Part shown: in pieces, positions 23,672 through 34,819 of the stretch
Layout: the number at the start of each line of letters is the position of its first letter
Position numbering within the stretch: the stretch's first letter is position 1
DNA from: a plasmid
Reading direction: 5' to 3' (one strand)
Sequence record: NZ_CP088986.1
Length of the DNA stretch: 64,000 nucleotides
Position numbers and translations under genes: made by a program
Notes under the pieces: model-generated
The model's input: only the letters and a program-made list of their open reading frames with translations
The model's database searches: none
Told to the model about the DNA's origin: nothing

Positions 23672-24256
23672 TTACGCATGTGCCTGGAGGAGTTGGAAAT
23701 CGTCGTGTTCGGGAAACATTAAACACAGGATGGCAGCGATCTGAGCCAGCACATGATCAGCTAGCTCACCATCCGGATCGACGGCCCACTGCATCGTCGC
23801 GCCAGCGATGACCGAGTGCAGGAGCAACTCAGCTGCCGCAGGAGCACCTGGGGGCAGTCGCTTGCGGATCCCCTCCACCACCGCGCGGTTCCGCTGGATC
23901 GCAAGCGTGCGTAGCTCCGGCACCTGGAGCTCGTACCAGGAGATGAGATAGTTCACCGAGAAGTCGTTGCGAGTGTTCATGCTCCGAACGAGCACCTGCA
24001 AAAATTCCCAGAGCCCTTGCGGCCCTGCGCCTATCGGTATCGCATTCAGGTAATGCCGCACCTGCTCGACGCCGCGCTCCATCATCCTCACCAGCAGCGT
24101 ATCGCGGTTGGTGAAGCGCTGGATTAACGCTGCGCGGGAGAGCCCCACCTCCTTTGCTACTCCGCTGAGCGTGAACTCTATGGGACCGCAACGCTTCAGC
24201 ACTACGGTGGCGGCCTCGAGTACCTCGTCATCGGACTTGAGCTTGGGGCGGGGCAT
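23672..24256 (-). CDS. mphR(A): TetR-family repressor MphR(A)
   Basis: 194-aa TetR ORF MPRPKLKSDDEVLEAATVVLKRCGPIEFTL... Confidence 0.9.
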   Translation of the reverse strand: MPRPKLKSDDEVLEAATVVLKRCGPIEFTLSGVAKEVGLSRAALIQRFTNRDTLLVRMMERGVEQVRHYLNAIPIGAGPQGLWEFLQVLVRSMNTRNDFSVNYLISWYELQVPELRTLAIQRNRAVVEGIRKRLPPGAPAAAELLLHSVIAGATMQWAVDPDGELADHVLAQIAAILCLMFPEHDDFQLLQAHA

Positions 24257-25494
24257 CAGTGTTCACCTTCTGTATGGGTTGGGGCGGAGGCTGTGGCTGC
24301 CGCCGCCATTGTAGCAAATTGAAGACGGAGCGAGAGTAGAGCCACGAGCCCCGCAAACACGGCCGATACAACGAGGCCAGGGAGCGGACCAGCAAGGTCG
24401 ACAAACGCGCCGGCCGCAAGCATAACCATGGGCGAGGCTGACAGCATCACCGCCGAGACCGTGCCGAGTACCCGGCCGAGAAGTTCTGGCGGCGTGCGGT
24501 TGTAGATGGCAGCGTTGAGAATGGGAGAGACTGAGCCGGTCAGCAGTCCCACGAGCGCGCCCAACAACATCAGCACCGGCACGCCTGGCAACTGTGAAAG
24601 CAGAAGCGAGCCCACCGCAGAGCCACAAAATGCCACCGCCAGCCAGTTCTGCGCTGATATCCGGGCGCCGACCGACGCATGAATGGCAATGCCAAGGAGA
24701 CCACCAGCCCCCATCATTGAGGAGAACAGCCCGAGCTCTGCTACTTGGCGTCCTGCATCTACAAACAGCGCAGGCATGATGACGCTGCCGTTGGCGCCAA
24801 CGATGCCCACGAAGATCATCACTATACCAAAGAGAGGGCGCAGCAGGGGTTCGCTCCAGAGAAAAGCGACGCCGGCGCGCATGGAGAGAGTCGCCGTCGT
24901 GGTCATCGTCCGAGCGGCACGCGCGGGAAGCACCCACGCGCCGAGCAGACCTGCAAGGACGGAGCAGAACGCCGTCAGCCCGAGCGTTGGCGCAGCGCCA
25001 AGCAGGCCGATTGCGGCCCCCCCAAGGGCCGGGCCACCTAGAATCGCGACGTTCCCGATCACCGCTTTCAGTGACGAGACGCGCTCAACGGAGAGCCCGG
25101 CGACGTGGCCGAGTTTGGGCAGCTCACTGTCCTGCGCGGCCATACCGGGTGCGTCGAACGCGGCACCGAGCACCACGCAAGCGATCAGCCCAGTGTTCGA
25201 GAGGGCGCCAACGGCATCGAGCAGTGGGATGCTCGCCATGGCCACGCCGCCCACCACACCCGAGATCAATGCGACGGGCGCGCGCCCGAACCGATCGACG
25301 AGGCCACCACCAACCCACGCGCCGATGATGGTCGCGATGACGCTGCTAGCGGCCGTGGCGCCCGCCCAGGCCGCGCTCTTTGTATGAGACAGGACGAACC
25401 ATGGAAGCGCGAGGGCCGCCACCGCGTTGCCGATCCGGAAGAGAAAGGTCGCCGCGAACAGCGTCGCGAGCGGGCTATATCGACGTTCGCTCAT
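24256..25494 (-). CDS. mrx: MFS membrane protein Mrx
   Basis: 412-aa 12-TM ORF between mphR and mph(A). Confidence 0.85.
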   Translation of the reverse strand: MSERRYSPLATLFAATFLFRIGNAVAALALPWFVLSHTKSAAWAGATAASSVIATIIGAWVGGGLVDRFGRAPVALISGVVGGVAMASIPLLDAVGALSNTGLIACVVLGAAFDAPGMAAQDSELPKLGHVAGLSVERVSSLKAVIGNVAILGGPALGGAAIGLLGAAPTLGLTAFCSVLAGLLGAWVLPARAARTMTTTATLSMRAGVAFLWSEPLLRPLFGIVMIFVGIVGANGSVIMPALFVDAGRQVAELGLFSSMMGAGGLLGIAIHASVGARISAQNWLAVAFCGSAVGSLLLSQLPGVPVLMLLGALVGLLTGSVSPILNAAIYNRTPPELLGRVLGTVSAVMLSASPMVMLAAGAFVDLAGPLPGLVVSAVFAGLVALLSLRLQFATMAAAATASAPTHTEGEH

Positions 25495-26396
25495 TCCGCT
25501 GCGGCGAGCTGCGCCTTCGCCGCAGCGAGGTACTCTTCGTTACCCGAGTCGAGGGCGAAGAGTGCGTAGGTGACCGCCCCGAACGCAAGGCGCTCCGCGA
25601 TGTGGTGGGCGAGCCGCGGCCACACCCGGCCACCGGCCGCTTCATACGTGAGGAGGAGCTTCGCGAGCCCCTCTTCACCAAAGACCATAAGGTGCGCGGC
25701 CATGTCGATGGCAGGGTCATCAACGCGGGCCTCGCTCCAGTCGATCATCCCGCTGACGCGCTCCGTGTTGTCGATGAGCACATGGCCCACGTAGAGATCG
25801 CCATGCACCACCACGGAGAAATCTGGCCACGACGAATCGTCGTCGAGCCAGCGCTGCCACCGGTGGAGGCGCTTGTCGTTCACCACGAACTCGCGTCGGA
25901 CGCGGTCAACGTCGTCGGCCACCTTCTGACGGGCCTGCGTCGGTGTACGGATGAGCATCCCCGCATCCACGGCGGCGGAAATGGGGACGGCATGCAGGGC
26001 GGCGAGCGCGGTCGCGAAGCTCTCCGCGAAGACCTCCGAGTCCTGCGGCACGACCCAGTCGGGCGTGGACGAACCAGGCTGGATGACCATCGCAGTCGAG
26101 TCTTCGAGCATGGGATAGGCAACGAGCTCGGCGTTGGCCACGCGCCAGTCCGGCACCGCGAACGGCAGGCGATTCTTGAGCATTGCCAGCACCCGCGCCT
26201 CTGGTTCGACCTTCGCGCTTACCTCGGCTCGGCGCGGGATGCGCAGCACCCACCGACGTCCATCGTCGACGGTGGCGATCACGATCCTATAGTCGAGCCC
26301 AAGCTCATTGACAGTCAGCGGGCCATGGAGCTTGAGCCCATGTCGGGCTGCAAGTGCGTACAGTTGGGAGGTATCGGCGGTCGTGACTACGGTCAT
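25491..26396 (-). CDS. mph(A): macrolide 2'-phosphotransferase Mph(A)
   Basis: 301-aa APH-fold ORF with HGDLYVGHVLID motif. Confidence 0.9.
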   Translation of the reverse strand: MTVVTTADTSQLYALAARHGLKLHGPLTVNELGLDYRIVIATVDDGRRWVLRIPRRAEVSAKVEPEARVLAMLKNRLPFAVPDWRVANAELVAYPMLEDSTAMVIQPGSSTPDWVVPQDSEVFAESFATALAALHAVPISAAVDAGMLIRTPTQARQKVADDVDRVRREFVVNDKRLHRWQRWLDDDSSWPDFSVVVHGDLYVGHVLIDNTERVSGMIDWSEARVDDPAIDMAAHLMVFGEEGLAKLLLTYEAAGGRVWPRLAHHIAERLAFGAVTYALFALDSGNEEYLAAAKAQLAAAE

Positions 26397-26465
26397 GATT
26401 CACTCCTGAGGGCTTGACGGGTTTAGCCACCTAAATGTAACAGTCACGTCGGTTATATTCAATCC

Positions 26466-27285
26466 GGCACTGTTGCAAAGTTAGCGATGAGGCAGCCTTT
26501 TGTCTTATTCAAAGGCCTTACATTTCAAAAACTCTGCTTACCAGGCGCATTTCGCCCAGGGGATCACCATAATAAAATGCTGATGCCTGGCCTTTGCGTA
26601 GTGCACGCATCACCTCAATACCTTTGATGGTGGCGTAAGCCGTCTTCATGGATTTAAATCCCAGCGTGGCGCCGATTATCCGTTTCAGTTTGCCATGATC
26701 GCATTCAATCACGTTGTTCCGGTACTTAATCTGTCGGTGTTCAACGTCAGACGGGCACCGGCCTTCGCGTTTGAGCAGAGCAAGCGCGCGACCATAGGCG
26801 GGCGCTTTATCCGTGTTGATGAATCGCGGGATCTGCCACTTCTTCACGTTGTTGAGGATTTTACCCAGAAACCGGTATGCAGCTTTGCTGTTACGACGGG
26901 AGGAGAGATAAAAATCGACAGTGCGGCCCCGGCTGTCGACGGCCCGGTACAGATACGCCCAGCGGCCATTGACCTTCACGTAGGTTTCATCCATGTGCCA
27001 CGGGCAAAGATCGGAAGGGTTACGCCAGTACCAGCGCAGCCGTTTTTCCATTTCAGGCGCATAACGCTGAACCCAGCGGTAAATCGTGGAGTGATCGACA
27101 TTCACTCCGCGTTCAGCCAGCATCTCCTGCAGCTCACGGTAACTGATGCCGTATTTGCAGTACCAGCGTACGGCCCACAGAATGATGTCACGCTGAAAAT
27201 GCCGGCCTTTGAATGGGTTCATGTGCAGCTCCATCAGCAAAAGGGGATGATAAGTTTATCACCACCGACTATTTGCAACAGTGCC
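26466..27285 (-). mobile_element. IS26 copy 3 (820 bp), inserted in IS1
   Basis: IRs at 26466 and ending 27285. Confidence 0.95.
26518..27222 (-). CDS. tnpA: IS26 transposase
   Basis: Identical to other copies. Confidence 0.95.
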   Translation of the reverse strand: MNPFKGRHFQRDIILWAVRWYCKYGISYRELQEMLAERGVNVDHSTIYRWVQRYAPEMEKRLRWYWRNPSDLCPWHMDETYVKVNGRWAYLYRAVDSRGRTVDFYLSSRRNSKAAYRFLGKILNNVKKWQIPRFINTDKAPAYGRALALLKREGRCPSDVEHRQIKYRNNVIECDHGKLKRIIGATLGFKSMKTAYATIKGIEVMRALRKGQASAFYYGDPLGEMRLVSRVFEM

Positions 27286-27763
27286 CGATTTTCCGCCATT
27301 TAAAAAACTCAGGCCGCAGTCGGTAACCTCGCGCATACAGCCGGGCAGTGACGTCATCGTCTGCGCGGAAATGGACGAACAGTGGGGATACGTCGGGGCT
27401 AAATCGCGCCAGCGCTGGCTGTTTTACGCGTATGACAGGCTCCGGAAGACGGTTGTTGCGCACGTATTCGGTGAACGCACTATGGCGACGCTGGGGCGTC
27501 TTATGAGCCTGCTGTCACCCTTTGACGTGGTGATATGGATGACGGATGGCTGGCCGCTGTATGAATCCCGCCTGAAGGGAAAGCTGCACGTAATCAGCAA
27601 GCGATATACGCAGCGAATTGAGCGGCATAACCTGAATCTGAGGCAGCACCTGGCACGGCTGGGACGGAAGTCGCTGTCGTTCTCAAAATCGGTGGAGCTG
27701 CATGACAAAGTCATCGGGCATTATCTGAACATAAAACACTATCAATAAGTTGGAGTCATTACC
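27286..27763 (+). mobile_element. IS1 right fragment (IS1 coordinates 291-768) with insB 3' part and IRR
   Basis: Begins CGATTTTCCGCCATTTAAAAAACTCAGG; ends ...GGAGTCATTACC at 27763. Confidence 0.9.
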
Positions 27764-27769
27764 AAACAG

Positions 27770-28261
27770 GGATTATTTATTCTCTCAGGCGAGAATAAAA
27801 TAGACGAAGAATGTTTCATTAATATAGTCCAAACGGCTGTCGCCATAAATAACATCGGTAGAGAATCTAATGGTTATATTTTAGTTGGTGTTTCCGATAC
27901 CAAAGCTACGGCAGACAGAGTTAAGACTTTATATGGTGTTACCCCTATTGAGTGCAATGGCTATTATATCAATGGAATTGATCATGAAGCTGTAATTCAA
28001 TCAAAAAACATAGATAATTACTTTCTGTTCATAAAACAAAAAATAGAATCATTTAATTTTAATGAGGCTTTGAAACAACAAATACTAAAAGATATTTCAT
28101 TATGTTCATATGAAGGACTGCATGTTTTAAAAATCGAAATAAAAAGTGTCGGAGAAGTCTGTCATTTTGAAAATAGGTATTATATAAGACAAGGAACAGC
28201 TACGCATTTAATCACTGACGGTGAAGCAATTAGTAGTTTACACAGATTATATTACTCATAA
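27770..28261 (+). pseudogene. 5'-truncated ORF (163 codons, no start codon) possibly encoding a C-terminal nucleic-acid-binding (AlbA_2/Schlafen-like) domain; cut by IS1
   Basis: Open frame starts at IS1 boundary: ...ENKIDEECFINIVQTAVAINNIGRESNGYILVGVSDTKATADRV...TDGEAISSLHRLYYS; AT-rich. Confidence 0.4.
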
Positions 28262-29293
28262 TTACTTAAGCACTATGAAGGTATCATACACCTTCATAGT
28301 GTACTTTTTTACTGCGCTTTGGGGCTAAATTGTTTTTGTGAATAGCCAGAATATCGTGGCTACGGCGGCAATGGAAATATATGATCTCTGCTGCCAGAGA
28401 CTGGAGATGTAATTGGGGGCAGTTTGGATATCGAAAATTATTGTACTATAAGGGGTCCGCTTGAGGGGGCCGCTTGGAAAACGGAAATTTTCCCACGCTA
28501 AGAGAATTGAGTTGAACGAGTGGTTACATCTAGGCCAGCTAACTCACTGAACGTAAAGGCTGTACGAAATGTTCCGACCGTCCGATAACCATTTGGCTTA
28601 CTTCCGTACATTTCCTTGCGTAGATGTACAGAATTGTACGATTTCGGACACCAAAACTGCTGTTGTCCCGGTGCATGAAGCTACTTTCCGGGTTGGTGGT
28701 ACTGACTTTGGTGTTCTTAACGACGACGTTTTCAACTCTGAAAATCGCCTCTCTGCACGGGGATTTTTACCCCCCCATAGAGCCGTCATATAAATTCAAA
28801 TTATTAACTTTGATGGTAGAATTATCTTAGGTTTGATAAAATTTTGAGCCGTCGCCGTTTACTTCACAGGATTCAATATAATGGCTAAATATACAGTTTG
28901 TGATTACCAATAAACTATTAGAAATAATGGGAATGGTTGTGCCAATCTCTATCTGGAGGTCTTATTGCAGGGAACATCCACCCCATCGTTACACCAATAC
29001 AGAATTGCCCCCGATACAAGACATCCAGACATTAACCTAATAAAAGCGCACCTTGACGAGGGCTTTCAGCAGGCAAAGTCTGAGGGATTAAAAGTAGAGA
29101 TTTCAGATTATAAAGAACGTCTTTACCTGTACATTAGAACACCTGGTAATAACCTAATGCAATATTCTGGTTGCAGAGAAAAATAATACAGTCGCGCTGG
29201 ATACGCTGACATTGACGCAGTTATATGATTTTCTGGCGTTGGTCAGTAAACCAGCTGCAGCCAAAACGGTGTAGTCCCTGACACAGGCGCCGG

Positions 29294-29530
29294 TCATTCT
29301 GTTAACTCATCCACGTATGGGATGAACAGTTGTTTCAGTTTGAAACCAGGGATGTCAGACGGATTTTTGCTGGCGAGTACGAAATCCGTTACGAACTTAA
29401 TGGCCAGACTATTTATGTATTGCGCCTGTGACACACACGAGAAAACAGGTAGATTGTGTGTGAGGGCAACTTTAACATAGCCTGCAGGTGTTAATTCAGG
29501 AGCATTGTTATCAGACCAAATATTTTTCAT
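29294..29530 (-). CDS. hypothetical protein (78 aa)
   Basis: [33 protein letters not shown]...; divergent from next ORF. Confidence 0.35.
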
Positions 29531-29558
29531 TCCATTAAATAGTCTTGTAGGGGATAAA

Positions 29559-29840
29559 ATGAATTACGATGAAATAACGAAAATCACTGCAGAACGTATT
29601 AGCGACTACATGACTGAAGCGGTTAATACAGACTCTAAATCTGTTGCGGAAATGTTTCATAACGCTGCATGGGGAGTGCTATCATTGTGGTTTGAACTCG
29701 TCACAAAAATAGATCTGGATATACATAAAAAGAACAGGTATGCAAGTTATGATTTTAGAAGAAAAATCGAAATGCAGCATGAAGAGTTTCAGAAAATGAC
29801 AGAGCGTGAGCAAGTGCCTTTATTGAAATTGCCTGAATAA
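29559..29840 (+). CDS. hypothetical protein (93 aa from MNYDEIT)
   Basis: ORF with GGGG-type RBS region (tagggga taaaatg); charged helical protein. Confidence 0.4.
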
Positions 29841-29962
29841 CAGAGACAGTGCAAACGATTATTTCATAATAACGATTATGTAATGACTGGTAAGAAAATA
29901 ACTTGATTGAGTTCCCTTTATCCAGCCTGATAGTGGATAAAGGGAACTCAATAATAATTGAA

Positions 29963-30316
29963 TTAATTTATTAGCTTCATCGCATTTTTTTTGGTCTCTT
30001 CATCACTTTTTTGCTCTTGTTGTGAAGAGGATTGAGTGACTATTGAAGAATTAAAATCGGCCATCTCTTTTGGAAATAGCGATCTCAATATATTCACGAT
30101 ATCTGAAAATGTGGTTTCTTTCGTCAGCAGCTCACATAAAAGGAAAGGGGTCCGGGGATCTTGTCTGTATAAGGCCAGACCTGCCGTCAGTGCGGCCCGG
30201 TTAAGGCGGCTTCGTTCCCCTTGCGGGATACTGTCCAGTGTATCACAAACAATTTTATCTGTTTGATTTACATCTGGATTTAGTTTGAAGGCAATGGTTC
30301 TGCGCTTGTCCATCAT
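29963..30316 (-). CDS. parR: plasmid partition adaptor ParR (StbB)
   Basis: 117-aa [31 protein letters not shown]... matching R1/R100 ParR. Confidence 0.9.
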   Translation of the reverse strand: MMDKRRTIAFKLNPDVNQTDKIVCDTLDSIPQGERSRLNRAALTAGLALYRQDPRTPFLLCELLTKETTFSDIVNILRSLFPKEMADFNSSIVTQSSSQQEQKSDEETKKNAMKLIN

Positions 30317-31278
30317 TAATTACCTATGAGATACATACCGTTAACTAAATCATATTGAGAGTTATTGGTTTTGAAAAAACGTTCATCACGAATCTGTGTG
30401 TGTTTTTTTACTGCATCGCATATTAATTCTGCGCCACCGCCTATAACCATAACATGAGTATAACCAGAAAATTCATTGAGCGTATTTAATACACGTTGCT
30501 CAAGTTTACGAAGTGCTTCATTCATTGCTTCGGTGACTATTGATATTTTGTTCTCATCATTAATTCGTTGCTTCAGATAGTTATTATCTTTTCTGTGAAT
30601 GATTATATCGTCAGCAAGATAGCTACTTCCTTTTGTTCTCGCAAGAGAAAGGGCATCTTTTACTGCAGATGTAACCAGAGAGACACCAAGAGATGAGTCT
30701 CCGTATATTTTACTGATCCCCGATAATTTCCCCATTACCTGAGAAATATCTAATGTGGTGCCCCCGAGATCTATAATTAATAAAGAATCTAACTCATCCA
30801 GTTCTTGTAGAACTTCATAACCTGCCGGTATAGATTCAGGCATGACTTTTACATCTTTTATTGTGAATGTATCCCCGCCATTTAATGTAATTTTTTTCCG
30901 GAAGTTTGCTTTCTTACGCTCAATATTTTCCGTATTGGGTTGGTTATTTCTGTCGTAATACTCTGTCAGAGGAAGTGTGCAAACAATATCCACTTCGCTT
31001 ACCGGCAGACCACTGGTCAGTAAGGCGTGATGCACTGCAACGACATTAACGTCGCTGTATTGCCATGCGATATTGGTTGTGACTACAGCATCCGGGCTGA
31101 TTGGATCAAATGAATACTGTTCGCCGTTCAGTGTGTAGTTAAAGACCTTTTTATCACCAAAAGAGACTGCCCACTCGCGTTTGAAGCTGTTCGGGCTAAT
31201 GTGCTGTTTAATTGTTCCGTCGCTTTCCTGCCACTGTAGTTTGATGTTTGTTGAACCGTCATCAATGAATACCAACAT
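30316..31278 (-). CDS. parM: actin-like partition ATPase ParM (StbA)
   Basis: 320-aa [21 protein letters not shown]... matching R1 ParM. Confidence 0.95.
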
Positions 31279-31284
31279 TTATAA

Positions 31285-31460
31285 AACTCCTTATGGTGTT
31301 TTTTTTGGTGTGTGTTTGGGTATGTTTTGGGTTTTAAGTGGGTTTGTTTGTCAAGTTTACCCCATTTCAACCATCAATCAATGATTATTTGTCTTGTTTT
31401 GGTGTTTTATTGGGTTGGGTATGGGTTGTTTTTGGGTTTTGTTTGGCGGGTAACAAAAGA
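31285..31460 (-). repeat. parC: parC centromere-like iteron region upstream of parM
   Basis: Arrays of TTTGGGT/GGGTTT-rich ~11-bp repeats immediately upstream of parM. Confidence 0.55.
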
Positions 31461-31795
31461 TGTCGCCGGGCTCCTCTTTTTACTGCGCCGGCTGACGCGG
31501 CGCGGCAGGAACGCTGCCTGTGGTCAGTGTCCCGCGTCCGGCCGGGCACGGGACGGGCGCTTTTACCGCTCCCGGCTGGCGTTGGTGACAGTGTACGCCA
31601 GCCCGTCGCCCTTTTCTGATGAACGCCCTTCAAGCCGCTTTCGCGGCATATCCTCGCCGTCAAAAAGACGACGGCTGCGGTATTCCACGGTCGGCCTGAC
31701 CCGTTACCGGACGCGGTGAACAGCCCACAGGCAGCGGGGAACGGGCACCACAGGGGTGCCCTCCCGGTGCCCTCTGTAAGAGAAGGAGTGCTGTT

Positions 31796-32479
31796 ATGTC
31801 CCGTTTTATCCTGGGTGACTGCGTGCGTGTTATGGCCACGTTTCCGGGCAATGCTGTCGATTTCATCCTCACCGACCCGCCGTATCTCGTCGGTTTCCGT
31901 GACCGTTCCGGGCGCACCATCGCCGGCGATAAAACCGATGAATGGCTGCAACCAGCCTGTAATGAAATGTACCGCGTACTCAAAAAAGACGCGTTAATGG
32001 TGAGCTTCTATGGCTGGAACCGCGTCGATCGCTTTATGGCCGCCTGGAAAAATGCGGGATTCAGCGTTGTTGGTCACCTGGTCTTCACCAAAAACTACAC
32101 ATCGAAGGCCGCATATGTGGGCTATCGCCACGAATGTGCCTACATCCTGGCAAAAGGCCGTCCACGTCTGCCACAAAACCCGCTGCCGGACGTGCTGGGC
32201 TGGAAATATTCGGGCAATCGCCATCACCCGACGGAAAAGCCCGTTACCAGCCTGCAACCGCTGATTGAGAGCTTCACACACCCGAACGCAATTGTGCTGG
32301 ACCCGTTTGCAGGCAGCGGCTCAACCTGCGTCGCCGCCCTCCAGTCCGGACGCCGGTATATCGGTATCGAGCTGCTTGAGCAGTATCACCGTGCCGGGCA
32401 GCAACGCCTTGCCGCCGTGCAACGGGCCATGCAGCAGGGGGCCGCGAATGATGACTGGTTTATGCCGGAGGCTGCGTAA
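31796..32479 (+). CDS. orphan DNA methyltransferase (DPPY motif; N6-adenine/N4-cytosine class)
   Basis: 227-aa ORF with FILTDPPY and C-terminal AdoMet motif (VLDPFAGSGST). Confidence 0.8.
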   Translation: MSRFILGDCVRVMATFPGNAVDFILTDPPYLVGFRDRSGRTIAGDKTDEWLQPACNEMYRVLKKDALMVSFYGWNRVDRFMAAWKNAGFSVVGHLVFTKNYTSKAAYVGYRHECAYILAKGRPRLPQNPLPDVLGWKYSGNRHHPTEKPVTSLQPLIESFTHPNAIVLDPFAGSGSTCVAALQSGRRYIGIELLEQYHRAGQQRLAAVQRAMQQGAANDDWFMPEAA

Positions 32480-32701
32480 ATGAACTATGCAGGACACGAA
32501 AAACTGCGCGCCGAAGTGGCGGAGGTGGCCAATGCCATGTGCGACCTGCGTACAACCATGAATGAGATGGAGCAGCGGTACAGCTTTAATGCCGACACCC
32601 TGCCGGAACGTCTGGTGCGTCAGACGCTGTTTCGCGCAAACCGCCTCCTGATGGAGGCATATACCGAAATTCTGGAACTGGAAGCGTGCTTTAAAGATTG
32701 A
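32480..32701 (+). CDS. hypothetical leading-region protein (73 aa)
   Basis: ORF start overlaps MTase stop (TAAATG). Confidence 0.5.
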   Translation: MNYAGHEKLRAEVAEVANAMCDLRTTMNEMEQRYSFNADTLPERLVRQTLFRANRLLMEAYTEILELEACFKD

Positions 32702-32714
32702 GAAGGAGACGAGA

Positions 32715-33149
32715 ATGTACGGAACATGCGAAACGCTATGCCGGGAGCTGGCAGTAAAGTATCCGGGAGACATGCCGCTGATGCTGGTTATCTGGTCCCC
32801 GGAAGAGATTCAGGCACTGGCTGACGGTATGGAAATTTCTCTGACCGGTCATGAAATCAGGACCGTCCTGGCACGCCTGGAGGACATCCCGGAAGACCAG
32901 CGGATTGAGTCCGGTATTTCTTCCGCTGCGGTGATGGAGATTATCCGCAACGAGAGCGAAAACCGCCTGGTGACCGTCCCTGCTGAACTGCTGGCGTCCC
33001 TGATTCAGACCGCTGAACAGGCATTGTGGAAACGTGAATGGGCCGCCCGGGATCATGGCCTCGCCGTCCCGGAATGCGTCACCCGCCGTCAGGAGGTGGT
33101 TAATCAGGCCCGCACCCTGCTGAAAAACAACACACACGAAAACGACTGA
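32715..33149 (+). CDS. hypothetical protein, DUF1380-like (paralog of 34866-35288)
   Basis: 144-aa ORF; N-terminal MYGTCETL.../MYCTVKEI... and ...VTVPAELL.../...VTVPAVML... similarity between the two paralogs. Confidence 0.55.
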   Translation: MYGTCETLCRELAVKYPGDMPLMLVIWSPEEIQALADGMEISLTGHEIRTVLARLEDIPEDQRIESGISSAAVMEIIRNESENRLVTVPAELLASLIQTAEQALWKREWAARDHGLAVPECVTRRQEVVNQARTLLKNNTHEND

Positions 33150-33976
33150 TGTTATCGCCGCCTGCCCTGCGGGCGGCGATACAGGGAGAACGCTTAATCA
33201 TGAACGAAAACAGCACGCTGAACGCACTGATTTGTCGTCACGCCCGCAACCTGCTGCTGGCGCAGGGCTGGCCGGAAGAGACGGATGTTGACCAGCGTAA
33301 CCCGAAGTATCCGGGCTGGATCAGCATTTATGTTCTGCTGGATGCGCCCCGGCTGGCGACGTTACTTATCAACCGTCACGGCGGCGTACTGCCGCCGCTC
33401 CTGGCCTCCGCCATTCAGAAACTGACCGGAACCGGGGCGGAACTGGTACTGTCCGGCAGTCAGTGGCAGTCGCTGCCGGTACTTCCGGCAGACGGAACGC
33501 AGGTGTCTTTCCCGTATGCCGGAGAATGGCTGACCGAAGACGAAATCAGGGCTGTACTTGCGGCGGTGCGCGATGCGGTACGCAGTGTCAGTTGCCGGGT
33601 GGCAGAAGATGCGCGGCGTATCCGGGCGGCGCTGACCACCACCGGTCAGACGTTGCTGACTCGCCAGACGCGCCGCTTTCGTCTGGTTGTGAAGGAAAGC
33701 GATCACCCCTGCTGGCTCGATGAAGATGACGAAAACCTGCCCGTGGTGCTCGATGCCATCGTGAACCGGGGAGCACGTTTTTCGTCGGTGGAAATGTACC
33801 TGGTCAGCGATTGTATTGAGCATATCCTGTCCAGTGGGCTGGCCTGCGATGTGCTGCGTATACCGGATGAACCGCCCCGCCGCTGGTTTGACCGTGGTGT
33901 TCTGCGGGAGGTGGTCCGGGAAGCCCGGGCCGAAATCCGCAGCATGGCGGATGCCCTGGCAAAAATCCGGAAATGA
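33149..33976 (+). CDS. hypothetical leading-region protein (258-275 aa; likely start ATG 33200)
   Basis: Long ORF; RBS GGGAGAA before 33200. Confidence 0.55.
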   Translation: MLSPPALRAAIQGERLIMNENSTLNALICRHARNLLLAQGWPEETDVDQRNPKYPGWISIYVLLDAPRLATLLINRHGGVLPPLLASAIQKLTGTGAELVLSGSQWQSLPVLPADGTQVSFPYAGEWLTEDEIRAVLAAVRDAVRSVSCRVAEDARRIRAALTTTGQTLLTRQTRRFRLVVKESDHPCWLDEDDENLPVVLDAIVNRGARFSSVEMYLVSDCIEHILSSGLACDVLRIPDEPPRRWFDRGVLREVVREARAEIRSMADALAKIRK

Positions 33977-34393
33977 TGACGTTGGCGGGGTAAATCCCCG
34001 CCTTTTTCCTGCCGGTCCCCGGACAGAGCACAAAGGAAGTCGCCGCCGGCTCCGCTTTACCCGGCCATGCGGGGCATGGCCTTGTGGGTTTTCAGTTATG
34101 TGGCCTCAGCGTCGTGTGCGGGCTGTGCCGTGCCTCCATCGTAGCCGGGCTGGCAGGGATGCAAGGGTACGCTTCGCCGCTGCGGTCACCCGGTCCCTCC
34201 TTCCCGTCTGCCGTGATTTTCCGGTCGTTCACCCGCTCAGATTTCGCGGTCTCACCCTCCAACTCCCGCCAGCCGTGTGCGTCAGGCTGCGGCTTCCCTT
34301 GCGCCCTGTGCATCCCCGCCTTATCGCCCGGCTTTTATGGAGGCACGGCACCGCCCGGTGTCGCGGAATATGTGAACAACGGAGGAAAACATC

Positions 34394-34819
34394 ATGCAAT
34401 ATGCGAAACCTGTCACTCTGAACGTTGAAGAGTGCGACCGTCTCTCCTTTCTACCGTATCTGTTTGGCAACGATTTTCTGTATGCCGAGGCGTATGTGTA
34501 CGCGCTGGCGCAAAAAATGATGCCGGAATATCAGGGAGGCTTCTGGCACTTCATCCGCCTGCCGGACGGTGGCGGTTACATGATGCCGGATGGCGACCGT
34601 TTCCACATGGTGAACGGTGCAAACTGGTTTGACCGTACCGTGAGTGCTGATGCCGCAGGCATCATTCTGACTTCCCTTGTGATTAACCGCCAGTTGTGGC
34701 TGTACCACGACAGCGGGGATGCAGGACTGACCCAGCTTTACCGGATGCGCGATGCGCAGTTGTGGCGTCACATCGAATTTCACCCCGAATGCAACGCGAT
34801 TTACGCGGCACTGGACTGA
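34394..34819 (+). CDS. klcA: antirestriction protein KlcA/ArdB family
   Basis: 141-aa [39 protein letters not shown]... Confidence 0.8.
   Translation: MQYAKPVTLNVEECDRLSFLPYLFGNDFLYAEAYVYALAQKMMPEYQGGFWHFIRLPDGGGYMMPDGDRFHMVNGANWFDRTVSADAAGIILTSLVINRQLWLYHDSGDAGLTQLYRMRDAQLWRHIEFHPECNAIYAALD

Noticed and set aside
24263-26253. Many 60-230-aa ORFs on both strands overlapping mrx and mph(A) (e.g. 24683-25387, 25380-26417)
   Set aside because: High-GC region gives long spurious open frames. The real genes are identified by strong family matches on the minus strand.
28965-29186. 73-aa ORF with TTG start in the AT-rich decayed region
   Set aside because: No RBS, an alternative start codon only, and no recognisable family. 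I treated it as part of the possible pseudogenised region rather than as a gene.
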